DNA of 63,979 nucleotides, the filler included, from Thermoplasmatota archaeon (GTDB lineage: Archaea > Thermoplasmatota > E2 > JACPAO01 > JAHFTW01): assembly GCA_041623215.1 (NCBI GenBank). It is 4 parts of 4 records of this genome, joined end to end, with 100 filler letters (N's around TTAATTAATTAA, not from the genome) between each part and the next. Parts side by side here need not be neighbours in the genome. Positions count along the whole stretch, not along the records: positions 20,654 to 41,028 come from JBFJXH010000019.1; 3 more parts are not named here. The stretch is one strand, 5' to 3'. A program made the position numbers and the translations under genes. How positions within the stretch are numbered: the first letter of the stretch is position 1; every line of letters starts with the position of its first letter. Below are positions 29,698 through 39,117 of the stretch, one piece after another. The notes below the pieces were generated by a model that was not told the DNA's origin, searched no databases, and saw nothing but the letters and a program-made list of their open reading frames with translations.

Positions 29698-31061
29698 CGG
29701 GCAGGCAAGCTTCGCCCGACTCCCACTACAGCCCCCCAGGCCAGGCCCGTGGGCGCGTGCGGGTGCCCGGCAGCAAGTCCATCACGCACCGATCCTTCAT
29801 CCTGGCGGCGCAAGCAACGGCACCCACCACCGTTCGTGGCGCCTTACTCGGGGCCGACACGGGCGCGACCCTTCGTTGCCTCATGGACCTGGGGGCGGAC
29901 GTGCGAATTCAGGACCGAGCCGCGGGCATCGTTGCCTTTCATCCAGCACCTCTTCACGCGCCTGCTGGACCCCTCGACTGCATGAACGCGGGCACGGCAC
30001 TCCGGCTGTTGGCAGGTCTCGTTGCCCGCCTGCCCGCCGCGACGATTCTCATCGGTGACGAAAGTCTCTCCAGCCGCCCCAGCGAGCCGCTTCTGGAGGC
30101 CTTGCGGCACGCCGGCGCCGCCGTGGATGCCGCGCCCGGAGGCCGACCGCCACTGCGAATCCAGGGCCCCATCCGTCCGGGCAGCTACGTCTTGCCGGGG
30201 GCCTCGAGCAGCCAATACGGCTCAAGTTTACTTCTCACGCTGCCATTCCTGCTAGGGGACTCGGAGCTCGCTCTTGAAGCGCCCGTGCACTCTGCACCCT
30301 ACCTTGATGTGACGGTCCAGGCCGCCACCGCGTTTGGCATCCAAATTTCCAGCCGCCCCTCCCCCGGAGGCGGCCGCCATTACGATATTCCGGGCGGCCA
30401 AGCAGCACGCCCGCCGGCAAGTGGCGTCGTTGAAATCGAAGGCGATTGGAGCACCGCCGCCTTTCCCCTCGTTGCGGGAGCCATTACCGGTGGCAAGATC
30501 GAGGTAGCCGGTGCAACCAGAGCAAGCGGGCAGGGCGACAAGGCCATACTTGCCCATCTGCAGCAGTTTGGAAGTGCAATACAGTGGGACGACGACGGAA
30601 CAGCCGTCACGCTTTCGCCGCGCCACCATGACTCTGATGCCACCCTCGTGAGCCCTGGCACCATTGACGTGGCCGCCACGCCCGATGCGTTTCCCGCCCT
30701 TTGTGTCCTGGCGGCGGTCGCCAACGGGACCACGACCTTCAGCGGCGGCGGGCAGTTGCGCGTCAAGGAATCAGACCGCATCGTCGCCATGGCCCAAGGA
30801 CTGAAGATGTGCGGCGTCAACTGTGAAGAAAGGCCGGATGGCCTAGTCGTCCACGGCGTCGGCGGACCCGTACCGGGGACGGGGATAGATGGACCCGTCG
30901 TGCAGGCGCACCACGACCACCGGATTCACATGGCCTTCGCGATTTTGGGACTCGCTAGCCAACGCGGCGTCAGCGTGGACGGAGCCGCCTCGGTGGCCGT
31001 GTCGTATCCGAACTTCCATGAAGACCTCCGCCGACTCACGGGCCAGGAGCAGCCGACATGA
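29694..31061 (+). CDS. aroA: 3-phosphoshikimate 1-carboxyvinyltransferase (EPSP synthase)
   Basis: PGSKSITHR, NAGTALR, SSQY, KESDRI, DHRIHMA, SYPNF. Confidence 0.95.
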   Translation: MTGRQASPDSHYSPPGQARGRVRVPGSKSITHRSFILAAQATAPTTVRGALLGADTGATLRCLMDLGADVRIQDRAAGIVAFHPAPLHAPAGPLDCMNAGTALRLLAGLVARLPAATILIGDESLSSRPSEPLLEALRHAGAAVDAAPGGRPPLRIQGPIRPGSYVLPGASSSQYGSSLLLTLPFLLGDSELALEAPVHSAPYLDVTVQAATAFGIQISSRPSPGGGRHYDIPGGQAARPPASGVVEIEGDWSTAAFPLVAGAITGGKIEVAGATRASGQGDKAILAHLQQFGSAIQWDDDGTAVTLSPRHHDSDATLVSPGTIDVAATPDAFPALCVLAAVANGTTTFSGGGQLRVKESDRIVAMAQGLKMCGVNCEERPDGLVVHGVGGPVPGTGIDGPVVQAHHDHRIHMAFAILGLASQRGVSVDGAASVAVSYPNFHEDLRRLTGQEQPT

Positions 31062-32167
31062 ACCGGTTCGGGACCAGGTTCCGCCTCAGCCTCTTCGGCG
31101 AATCGCACGGCAAGGGCGTGGGCGTAACCATCGACGGCGTGCCCGCAGGACTTGCCCTTGACCCAAGTCGCATTCAGCGCCACCTGGATCAACGTCGGCC
31201 CGGGCAATCACCACTCACAACCCAGCGCAAGGAAGCTGACCAGGCGCAGGTGCTCTCAGGGGCCTTTCGCGACCACGCCACGGGCGCCCCCCTAACCATT
31301 TGGATTGCCAACACCGACCAGCGTTCGCGGGACTATGGCGACCTGGAATTCCTGCCGCGCCCGGGACACAGTGACTATCCAGCCCACGTACGCGCCAAGG
31401 GCTTCAACGATTTTCGGGGCGGCGGCCACTACTCGGGTCGGCTAACGGCCCCCCTGGTGGCAGCCGGAGCGGTCGCCATGGCCATCCTAGACGAGGCGGG
31501 CATCCAGGTCGCAGCGCACCTACAAGCCGTTGGCACTGTGGGCGTCGATGCGGCCGAGCCAAGCCTTTGGGACATGGCAGCAAGGGTTCCGGCAAGCCAA
31601 GTTTTTACGGCGCACGCCGGCGAAATTGAAAGCGCCATGGTGGCTGCCGTGGACGATGCCCGGCGAAGCAAGGATAGCATCGGCGGCGTGGTATCATTTG
31701 CAGCGGCCAATCGGGACCCCAACCAAACCATTCCAGTAGGGTTGGGCGACCCGTTCTTCGACAGCGTCGAATCAACGTTGTCGCACCTGCTGTTTAGCGT
31801 CCCCGCCATCAAGGGCGTGTCCTTCGGCTCCGGCTTCGGGGCGGCATCCATGCGCGGCAGCGCGCACAATGATGCCTGGTCCCCCTCGCCAGAGGGCCCC
31901 ACCACCAACACCAATCACGCCGGCGGGTTATTGGGTGGCCTTACCAACGGTGCGCCCTTGACAGGCCGCGTGGCCGTCAAGCCAGCCAGTAGCATCTTCC
32001 AACCACAGGCCACCATAGACCTGCGAAGCGGCGAAGCGGCAACCTTGAACCTGAAGGGCCGCCACGACCCCTGCATCGCCATCCGCGCCGTTCCGGTGAT
32101 TCGCGCATGCATCGCGATTGGCTTGGCCGACCATGTCCTGCACGGCCGCCAGGAGGGACTGGTTTAA
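31058..32167 (+). CDS. aroC: Chorismate synthase
   Basis: FGESHG, RPGHSDY, RGGGHYSGR, GRHDPCI. Confidence 0.96.
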   Translation: MNRFGTRFRLSLFGESHGKGVGVTIDGVPAGLALDPSRIQRHLDQRRPGQSPLTTQRKEADQAQVLSGAFRDHATGAPLTIWIANTDQRSRDYGDLEFLPRPGHSDYPAHVRAKGFNDFRGGGHYSGRLTAPLVAAGAVAMAILDEAGIQVAAHLQAVGTVGVDAAEPSLWDMAARVPASQVFTAHAGEIESAMVAAVDDARRSKDSIGGVVSFAAANRDPNQTIPVGLGDPFFDSVESTLSHLLFSVPAIKGVSFGSGFGAASMRGSAHNDAWSPSPEGPTTNTNHAGGLLGGLTNGAPLTGRVAVKPASSIFQPQATIDLRSGEAATLNLKGRHDPCIAIRAVPVIRACIAIGLADHVLHGRQEGLV

Positions 32168-33270
32168 TGGACGGCGATGGCGACCCCGGCGTGGACCGCA
32201 TTCGCGAGGAAATTGCCGAGCTGGACCGGACCATCCTCGAAGCTGCGGCACGCCGCGTGCACTTAGCCAGGGAATTAGGAGAGGCGAAGCGGGCGCAGGG
32301 CCGCCCGGCCATTGACCTGCTGCAAGAGAAGCGGGTCCTGGAACGAGCCCGCCGAACGGCAGAGGCCGCGTTGTTGGACGGTGCCACAGCAGCAGCCATT
32401 GTTGACCAACTCATTCAGGCCAGCGTCAAGGCGCAGGAGCAGGACATGGTCGTGACCCGTGGGTCCGGCACCGGGCGCACCTGCGTCCTCATGGGTGGCG
32501 CTGGCCGCATGGGTCGCTGGTTCAACCGCTTCCTGCAGTCGCATGGCTACGATGTGCATCTGATTGACCCGGCTTACGGGGCAGCCCACAATGACGCGGC
32601 GGCGACGCATCTCTACGATGCGGACTTGGTCCTCATGGCCATTCCCCCACGTGCCATCGCACGCCAATACGAGGCGTGGGCCGAAGAGCCTCCCCAGGGC
32701 GTCATCGCAGACATGGCGAGTGTGAAGTCCCCCCTCGTTCCTGTCATTCAACAGCTTCGAGAAGGAGGCGGGCGCGTCGCGAGCTTCCACCCCATGTTCG
32801 GCCCCTCAACGCTGACGTTGCGTGACGCCGACGTGGTTCTTTGTGACACGGGCGACGAAGAAGCAACGGCAGCCATCGAGCATTTGTTTGCACCAACAGC
32901 AGCAAACGTCATTCACATCGGACTCGACGAACACGACCAGGTGATGGCGCAGGTGCTGGCATTGGGCCACGCCACCGCCATCGCGTTTGCTGCTAGCCTG
33001 GATCCAGCCACGCTGCCCGTCCACTCCACGACCTTTTCGCGCCTCGAAGCGGTTGCGGCCAGCGTGGTGGATGAAAGCCCCGAGGTGTACTTCGAAATTC
33101 AAGCAGACAACCCTCACGCAGCAAGTAGCGTTGAACATCTGCGGCACTGCCTCGAACGCCTTCAAAAGGCCGTTGCCAAGGACGACCGGACTGCCTTCTC
33201 TAGCCTCATGCAAGCCGGCAAGGATGCTCTTGATTCGCGCGCAGACCACCGGCGGAGCGTCGTTCCATGA
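32167..33270 (+). CDS. tyrA: Chorismate mutase / prephenate dehydrogenase fusion
   Basis: N-terminal IREEIAELDR..RR AroQ-type domain; GGAGRMG, DMASVK, HPMFGP, EHDQVMA. Confidence 0.9.
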   Translation: MDGDGDPGVDRIREEIAELDRTILEAAARRVHLARELGEAKRAQGRPAIDLLQEKRVLERARRTAEAALLDGATAAAIVDQLIQASVKAQEQDMVVTRGSGTGRTCVLMGGAGRMGRWFNRFLQSHGYDVHLIDPAYGAAHNDAAATHLYDADLVLMAIPPRAIARQYEAWAEEPPQGVIADMASVKSPLVPVIQQLREGGGRVASFHPMFGPSTLTLRDADVVLCDTGDEEATAAIEHLFAPTAANVIHIGLDEHDQVMAQVLALGHATAIAFAASLDPATLPVHSTTFSRLEAVAASVVDESPEVYFEIQADNPHAASSVEHLRHCLERLQKAVAKDDRTAFSSLMQAGKDALDSRADHRRSVVP

Positions 33271-34676
33271 AAGTGCTCAAGTTCGGTGGAGCAGCCGTGC
33301 GCGACGCCGCCGGCATGCAACGCGTCGCAACGATTGTGGCCGCCACCCAAGGCCCGCGCGTCGTAGTGACCAGCGCCATGCACGGGGTCACAGACCGCCT
33401 GCAAGCAGTCCTGGAGCGCGGCCCGCTCGAGGAGAGCAGCGTCTTCGTCCTGGTAGATGAATTGCGTTCGCGGCACTTGGAAGCCTTGGCAACCTTATGC
33501 CCGGGGGGAGACAACGAGGCAAGCTATGCCGTGGACACCGGCCTCGAACGATTGGAACGACTACTGTACGGCATCGCCTACACGCAGGAGATTACGCCGC
33601 GCCTGCACGACCTCGTACTGTCCTTCGGTGAACGCCTTGCAGCGCCGGTCCTGGCGGCCGCGCTCCGAAGCGCCGGCTGTCCGGCACGCGCCTTTGACGG
33701 CGAGCACGCAGGCATCCTTTCCCTTGGGCCGTTCGGCAACGCACGACCCGACTTAACCAACCTCAAGGACGCAGTCAACGGCAATCTCCGGACCGTGGCC
33801 GAGGCCACCCAACCGGTGGTGCCGGTCGTAACTGGATTCTACGGCGTGGACGCTGCCGGCGATGCCACGCTGTTTGGCCGCGGCGGTAGCGACTACGTGG
33901 CTGCGCTGCTTGGCTACGCCCTTGATGCCGAGGCGGTTGAGCTATGGAAGGATGTGGCTGGCTTTTTGACGGCCGACCCCAACGCCGTCCCGGACGCTCG
34001 CCTGATTCCAGAAATGGATTACGAGGAAGCCGCAGAGTTGGCCAACGTGGGTGCAAAAGTGCTGCATGCACGCTGTGTTGAACCAGTCCAGGGCGTCGGC
34101 ATTCCCATTCACATCCGGTGCTTCGCCGAACCGGATGCCGCAGGCACCGTCATTGGCCGCGGCGCTCAACCGGCCCCAGCACTGGTGCGCGCAACCGCCT
34201 GCCGACGCGGCTTGGGCATCCTTCGCCTGCATGGCCCCGGGATGGCCCACACCCCAGGGGTCGCAAAACGCGTTTTTGATGCCTTGAGCGCGGCACGCGT
34301 TAATGTCCTCAACATGGCGACCAGCCAGGCAACCTTTGCGTTGCTGCTTGCCTCCGATGATTTGGATCGCGCCAACCGTGCGTTGCAACCCCTCGTCGGC
34401 GGCGTGATTCAAAGCATGGAGGCCCTGCCAGACCGGGCCCTCGTGTGCGTCGTAGGAAAAGGTCTGGGCGAACGACCCGGCAGCGCCGCCGACATTCTCG
34501 ACGCGGTGGCCCAAGCCAAGGTCAACATCGAAATGATTAGCCTCGGCGCCAGTGACTTGGCCATTGATTTCATCATGCAAGACAAAGGATCATCGGCCGC
34601 CTTGCGCGCCATCCACGATCGCTTCCTCAACGGCAACGTGAAGGCAATTGCCACATCGTCGGAGGCCCAAGCATGA
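33267..34676 (+). CDS. lysC: Aspartate kinase with two ACT domains
   Basis: VLKFGG, VVVTSAM, SFGERL, GRGGSDY, GAKVLH. Confidence 0.93.
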   Translation: MKVLKFGGAAVRDAAGMQRVATIVAATQGPRVVVTSAMHGVTDRLQAVLERGPLEESSVFVLVDELRSRHLEALATLCPGGDNEASYAVDTGLERLERLLYGIAYTQEITPRLHDLVLSFGERLAAPVLAAALRSAGCPARAFDGEHAGILSLGPFGNARPDLTNLKDAVNGNLRTVAEATQPVVPVVTGFYGVDAAGDATLFGRGGSDYVAALLGYALDAEAVELWKDVAGFLTADPNAVPDARLIPEMDYEEAAELANVGAKVLHARCVEPVQGVGIPIHIRCFAEPDAAGTVIGRGAQPAPALVRATACRRGLGILRLHGPGMAHTPGVAKRVFDALSAARVNVLNMATSQATFALLLASDDLDRANRALQPLVGGVIQSMEALPDRALVCVVGKGLGERPGSAADILDAVAQAKVNIEMISLGASDLAIDFIMQDKGSSAALRAIHDRFLNGNVKAIATSSEAQA

Positions 34677-35728
34677 CCACCAAGATTCCCGTGGCGGTGG
34701 CTGGCGCAACGGGCGCCGTTGGCCAGCGCTTCATCCAATTTCTGCACGACCACCCTACGTTTCAGATAACGGCGCTGGCGGCAAGCGACCGGAGCGCAGG
34801 ACGCGCCTACCGTGACGCGGCGAACTGGATTCTCGACACGCCCATGCCCGATGCCATTGGTGCACAAGCAGTGGTTGGCCTCGAAGATGTTCTTTCGGAC
34901 CCGGCGGTCCGCGTTGTCTTCAGTGCGCTTCCAAGCGCTGCTGCCAGAGAATTGGAGCCCCGCTACGCGCAGGCGGGCAAGGCTGTGTTCACCAACGCGT
35001 CGCCGCATCGCATGGCCTCCGGCATCCCACTGCTGATTCCGGAAGTGAACCCCGAGCATCTTGACATGGTGCGCGACCAAGCCACCTTCCCTGCCGGCGG
35101 GTTCATTGTTGCAAACGGCAATTGCAGCGGCATTATTCTGACGCTCGCCTTGGCCCCGCTGCACCGTGCCTTTGGCCTTGAAACCGTCCACGTCACCACA
35201 CTGCAAGGCTTGAGCGGGGCCGGCTACCCGGGCGTCAGTGCCCTTGATGTGGTGGACAACGTGGTGCCGTTCATTGGTGGCGAGGAAGACAAACTGGTCG
35301 AAGAGCCCCAGAAAACACTCGGCGCTGTAGACGGGTCCGCCGCCGACTTCCAGGTTTGGCCAACCTGCACGCGCGTCCCGGTGCGAGAGGGTCACCTCGA
35401 GTGCGTCCACGTGACCCTTCGGGCGGACGCCGACGAGGCGGCCATTCGCGCGACCTTAGCCAATTTCCGCGGCCCAGACGACGTGATGTCCCTGGCCATG
35501 GCCCCTGCCGCCCCGATTCAGGTTACCACCGACGTCGATCGGCCGCAGCCACGACGAGACCGGGACAATGGCAACGGCATGGCCATCACCGTCGGCCGCA
35601 TCCGCGTTGATGGCCCCCGCCAGGTCCGCTTCGTCGTCCTTGGCCACAACACAGTGCGGGGAGCGGCGGGGCAATCGGTGCTCAACGCCGAATATGCGGT
35701 AGCACGCGGCCTCGTGGCGCCAAGCTAG
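34673..35728 (+). CDS. asd: Aspartate-semialdehyde dehydrogenase (archaeal type)
   Basis: GATGAVGQRF, NGNCS, LSGAGYPG, HNTVRGAAG. Confidence 0.95.
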   Translation: MTTKIPVAVAGATGAVGQRFIQFLHDHPTFQITALAASDRSAGRAYRDAANWILDTPMPDAIGAQAVVGLEDVLSDPAVRVVFSALPSAAARELEPRYAQAGKAVFTNASPHRMASGIPLLIPEVNPEHLDMVRDQATFPAGGFIVANGNCSGIILTLALAPLHRAFGLETVHVTTLQGLSGAGYPGVSALDVVDNVVPFIGGEEDKLVEEPQKTLGAVDGSAADFQVWPTCTRVPVREGHLECVHVTLRADADEAAIRATLANFRGPDDVMSLAMAPAAPIQVTTDVDRPQPRRDRDNGNGMAITVGRIRVDGPRQVRFVVLGHNTVRGAAGQSVLNAEYAVARGLVAPS

Positions 35729-35769
35729 TCGCACAAGCGACAAATACCGGGCGCGGCAGTGCTTGCTTG

Positions 35770-35817
35770 ATGAGGACACACCGCCGCGTCCCACCGCATG
35801 CCCATTTCGGGGCGTGA
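35770..35817 (+). CDS. Putative his-operon leader peptide MRTHRRVPPHAHFGA
   Basis: 15-codon ATG..TGA uORF with 3 His codons, ending 39 nt before the hisG ATG and embedded in a nested stem-loop. Confidence 0.5.
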   Translation: MRTHRRVPPHAHFGA

Positions 35818-35856
35818 GCGCGGCGCCGCCTTTGGTCCTCTCTGCGATGTGAGTGA

Positions 35857-36723
35857 ATGACCCTACGCTTGGCGATTCCCAACAAAGGCCGTCTCTCCGA
35901 CGATGCCGTGGCTGTGCTACGCCGAGCCGGCATCCGTCTCGAAAGCAGCAGCGAACGGCAATTGCAGGCCACGGCCCTGGATGGCCGCCTGCAAATCCTG
36001 TTCGTACGCGCTAGCGACATTCCGGGCTTCATTGCCAACGGCGCCGTCGATTGCGGCATTACCGGCTCGGACGTGGTTGCCGAATCGGGCCACGCCCTAG
36101 ACCGATTGGTGGACCTAGGCTTCGGCGCCTGCCGGCTTGTCATGGCTGTCCCCAACGAACATGCCGCCACCTCATCGGCCGACCTGCCCGACGGCACTCG
36201 TGTCGCGACGAGTTTCCCCCACCTTGCCAAAAGCCACTTCGAGCAACTCGGCAAAAAAGTCCGCGTGGTGGAGGTATCGGGCGCTTGCGAGGTGACACCC
36301 GCCGTGGGCGTCGCCGACGCCATCCTCGACTTGACGAGCAGCGGCAGCACGCTGCTTCAGAACCACCTGCGCGAAATTGACACCGTTCTCACTTCCACTT
36401 GTGGCCTCTTTGCGCGCCCCCCCACGGGCCGCGAGGAGCCAGACCCTGAACGCGAACGCCTCCGATTCGCATTGGAGTCCGTCGTCCAAGCCCGTGGCAA
36501 GCGCTACCTCTTGGCAGACCTACCGCGCACCCAACTCGACCAGGTTCGGTCCTTCCTGCCTGGGCTAGCCGGCCCCACCGTGGTAGACTTAGCCGGCCGC
36601 GACGATTTGGTGGCCATTCAGGTCGTCGTGGACGAAGCCGATGTCTATGACGCTGTCCACCAACTCAAAGACCTCGGCGGCCAAGGAATCCTCATTGTCC
36701 CAATTGATCGCCTCGTACCCTAA
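35857..36723 (+). CDS. hisG: ATP phosphoribosyltransferase (long form)
   Basis: AIPNKGRL, RASDIP, GITGSD, SGACE, DLTSSGSTL..N.L and C-terminal regulatory domain. Confidence 0.96.
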   Translation: MTLRLAIPNKGRLSDDAVAVLRRAGIRLESSSERQLQATALDGRLQILFVRASDIPGFIANGAVDCGITGSDVVAESGHALDRLVDLGFGACRLVMAVPNEHAATSSADLPDGTRVATSFPHLAKSHFEQLGKKVRVVEVSGACEVTPAVGVADAILDLTSSGSTLLQNHLREIDTVLTSTCGLFARPPTGREEPDPERERLRFALESVVQARGKRYLLADLPRTQLDQVRSFLPGLAGPTVVDLAGRDDLVAIQVVVDEADVYDAVHQLKDLGGQGILIVPIDRLVP

Positions 36724-36727
36724 CCTC

Positions 36728-38020
36728 ATGTCTCGCATCATTGAACCCCAAGATTTGCCAACCGACCCCGCCGAGTGGTCGCCCTGGACCGAGCGGGCGC
36801 AAGCCGTGCCTGAGGAGGTCCGCAAAAAGGTCCGCACCATCGTGGATGACATCGCCGAGCGAGGCGACCGTGCCTTGTCACAGTGGTCCGAGCAATTCGA
36901 TGGCATCCCCGCACGCATCGTTCCGACCGAAGAATGGCACAAAGCGGCCGACGGCTGCCCCAAAAGCGTCGCCCAAGCGATTGACGAAAACCACGAGCGA
37001 ATTCGAGACTTCCATGCACGGCAGGCGCCAACAGCGGACGAATTCGAGGCCACGCCGGGCGTACTACTTGGGCGCCGCCCGGTGCCCTTGGATGCCGTAG
37101 CATGCTATGTCCCTGGGGGTCGAGCGCAATACCCCAGCACGGTCCTCATGACGGTTACACCGGCGGCGATTGCCGGCGTGGGCCGCATTGTGGTCACGAC
37201 TCCTCCCACCCATGACGGTAGCGTGGACCCCGTTGTTGCCTACGCGGCCAAGGCGGCAGGCGCAACCGAGATGTTTGCGGCAGGTGGTGCCCAAGCCATT
37301 GCGGCGTTGGCCCACGGAACGCAGACCATTGAGCGCGTGCAGGCAATTGTCGGACCGGGCAATGCTTTCGTCACCGCGGCCAAGAAGCACGTCAGCGACC
37401 TCGTCCGAATTGACGCGCCGGCCGGCCCCTCCGAACTCCTTGTCCTAGCGGACGCCGGCGCGCCAGCAGGCCCGATTGCATGGGACCTTCTGGCCCAAGC
37501 AGAACACGACCCAGACGCCCAAGTCCTTCTTGTCACCGACGACGCTACCTTAGCAGATGGCGTGGCCGACGAGCTGATGGAAGGATTGCCCAAGGAGCGC
37601 CGGGCCCGCATTATCGACAAGAGCCTTCGAAACCACGGCGCCATTCTGGTGGCCAGCGACATGGCCGAGGCGGTAGCCTTCACCAACGCGTACGGCGGCG
37701 AACACGTTGCCGTAGTGACCGCCGACCCCTTGGCTACGGCGAATCAAATTACCGCAGCGGGCAGTCTTTTCTTGGGCCCCCACGCGCCCGTTACCCTGGG
37801 CGACTATGGGTCCGGCACCAACCATGTCTTGCCTACGATGGGCTTTGCGCACCAACGCGGCGGCCTGGCCGTCGATGACTTCGTCCGCTGGATTACATGG
37901 CAACAGGTCACGGCGGACGGATTGGCGACGTTAGCGCCCTCCGTGACCACGCTGGCGGATGCCGAGGGTTTGCACGCACACGCTCGCGCCGTCACAAGAC
38001 GACTCGAGGACAGCCCTTGA
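36728..38020 (+). CDS. hisD: Histidinol dehydrogenase
   Basis: YVPGG, GGAQAIAAL, GPGNAFV, AGPSE, QAEHD, GDYGSGTNHVLPT. Confidence 0.96.
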   Translation: MSRIIEPQDLPTDPAEWSPWTERAQAVPEEVRKKVRTIVDDIAERGDRALSQWSEQFDGIPARIVPTEEWHKAADGCPKSVAQAIDENHERIRDFHARQAPTADEFEATPGVLLGRRPVPLDAVACYVPGGRAQYPSTVLMTVTPAAIAGVGRIVVTTPPTHDGSVDPVVAYAAKAAGATEMFAAGGAQAIAALAHGTQTIERVQAIVGPGNAFVTAAKKHVSDLVRIDAPAGPSELLVLADAGAPAGPIAWDLLAQAEHDPDAQVLLVTDDATLADGVADELMEGLPKERRARIIDKSLRNHGAILVASDMAEAVAFTNAYGGEHVAVVTADPLATANQITAAGSLFLGPHAPVTLGDYGSGTNHVLPTMGFAHQRGGLAVDDFVRWITWQQVTADGLATLAPSVTTLADAEGLHAHARAVTRRLEDSP

Positions 38021-39117
38021 CCGACGGGCCCGATTCTGACCGCGCAGCCCGCGTCGCCGCGTGGACCCGCCAGGCCGTGCAAGACTTGCAGCCCTACTAT
38101 CAAGCGCCGCTGCAAGGCTCGCCCCTTCGCCTCGATCAAAACACCAACCTGCTTGGCCCCAATCCAGTTTTGCAAGCAATCCAGGTGCAAAACCTAGGCG
38201 TAGACCAGTACCCAACACGCGACAGCGACATCTTGCGGGCGGCCCTGGCGCGGCATCATGGCCGTGGTTTGGCCGCCGAAAACTTTGCCTGCACGAATGG
38301 TAGCGACGAGGCCCTGGACCTCCTTTGTCGGACCTTTACCGAGCCCGGGTGCACGTTGGCAACGACACGGCCCGGCTACTCCCTGTACCCGTTCTATGCC
38401 AAAGTCCACGACCTTGCTTTCGAAGACGTTCCTCTCGCCGGCTCGTTTGGCTCATGGCGCCTTGACGTTGACCGCTTGCTCGCAGCTGCGGCCCGCCTGA
38501 CCATTGTAGCGTCCCCCAACAACCCCACAGGCAACGCCTTTGCGACCAACGATTTGGAACGCTTGGTCCAGGAGTCACCAGGCATTGTGGTCATTGACGA
38601 GGCGTACATCGAGTACGCAACCGACCGCAAGTCCTTCCTGCCGTACGTTGAGCACTTTGACAATTTGGTCGTGCTACGGACGTTCAGCAAGGCGCACGGA
38701 TTGGCTGGCCTTCGCGTCGGCTACCTCGCCGCCAATAGCGACTTGATGCAGCGCCTGCTGCTTGCCAAACCACCGTACAACCTCAATCTCATTGCCGAGC
38801 ACGCCGCAGCAGCCAGCCTCGACGAGCCCTGGGTGGCACGCGGCGTTGCCACCGTGCAAGCGGAGCGCGAGCACCTGGAGGAGGCCCTGCGCCAGCGCGG
38901 CTTCAAGGTGCAGCCAAGCGACAGCAATTTCCTCCTGACCCTACCACCCATTGGCCACGACGCGGGAGCGTTGTATCTTGGCCTCAAACAACGGGGCATC
39001 CTGGCCCGGACCTTTCCGAACAAGCCCATGGTGCAGGATACCATTCGTTTCACTGTGGCGGGGCCGGACGAGACCTCGAGACTGCTGCATGCGCTCGATG
39101 AGGTGCTTGTTTCGTGA
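38017..39117 (+). CDS. hisC: Histidinol-phosphate aminotransferase
   Basis: NGSDE, SPNNPTG, DEAYIE, RTFSKAHGLAGLRVG. Confidence 0.94.
   Translation: MTDGPDSDRAARVAAWTRQAVQDLQPYYQAPLQGSPLRLDQNTNLLGPNPVLQAIQVQNLGVDQYPTRDSDILRAALARHHGRGLAAENFACTNGSDEALDLLCRTFTEPGCTLATTRPGYSLYPFYAKVHDLAFEDVPLAGSFGSWRLDVDRLLAAAARLTIVASPNNPTGNAFATNDLERLVQESPGIVVIDEAYIEYATDRKSFLPYVEHFDNLVVLRTFSKAHGLAGLRVGYLAANSDLMQRLLLAKPPYNLNLIAEHAAAASLDEPWVARGVATVQAEREHLEEALRQRGFKVQPSDSNFLLTLPPIGHDAGALYLGLKQRGILARTFPNKPMVQDTIRFTVAGPDETSRLLHALDEVLVS

Noticed and set aside
35767..35840. TGATGA-GGAC...GTCC as a hammerhead ribozyme or C/D box RNA
   Set aside because: No CTGATGA/GAAA core and no matching CTGA D box; better explained as a uORF start plus leader stem
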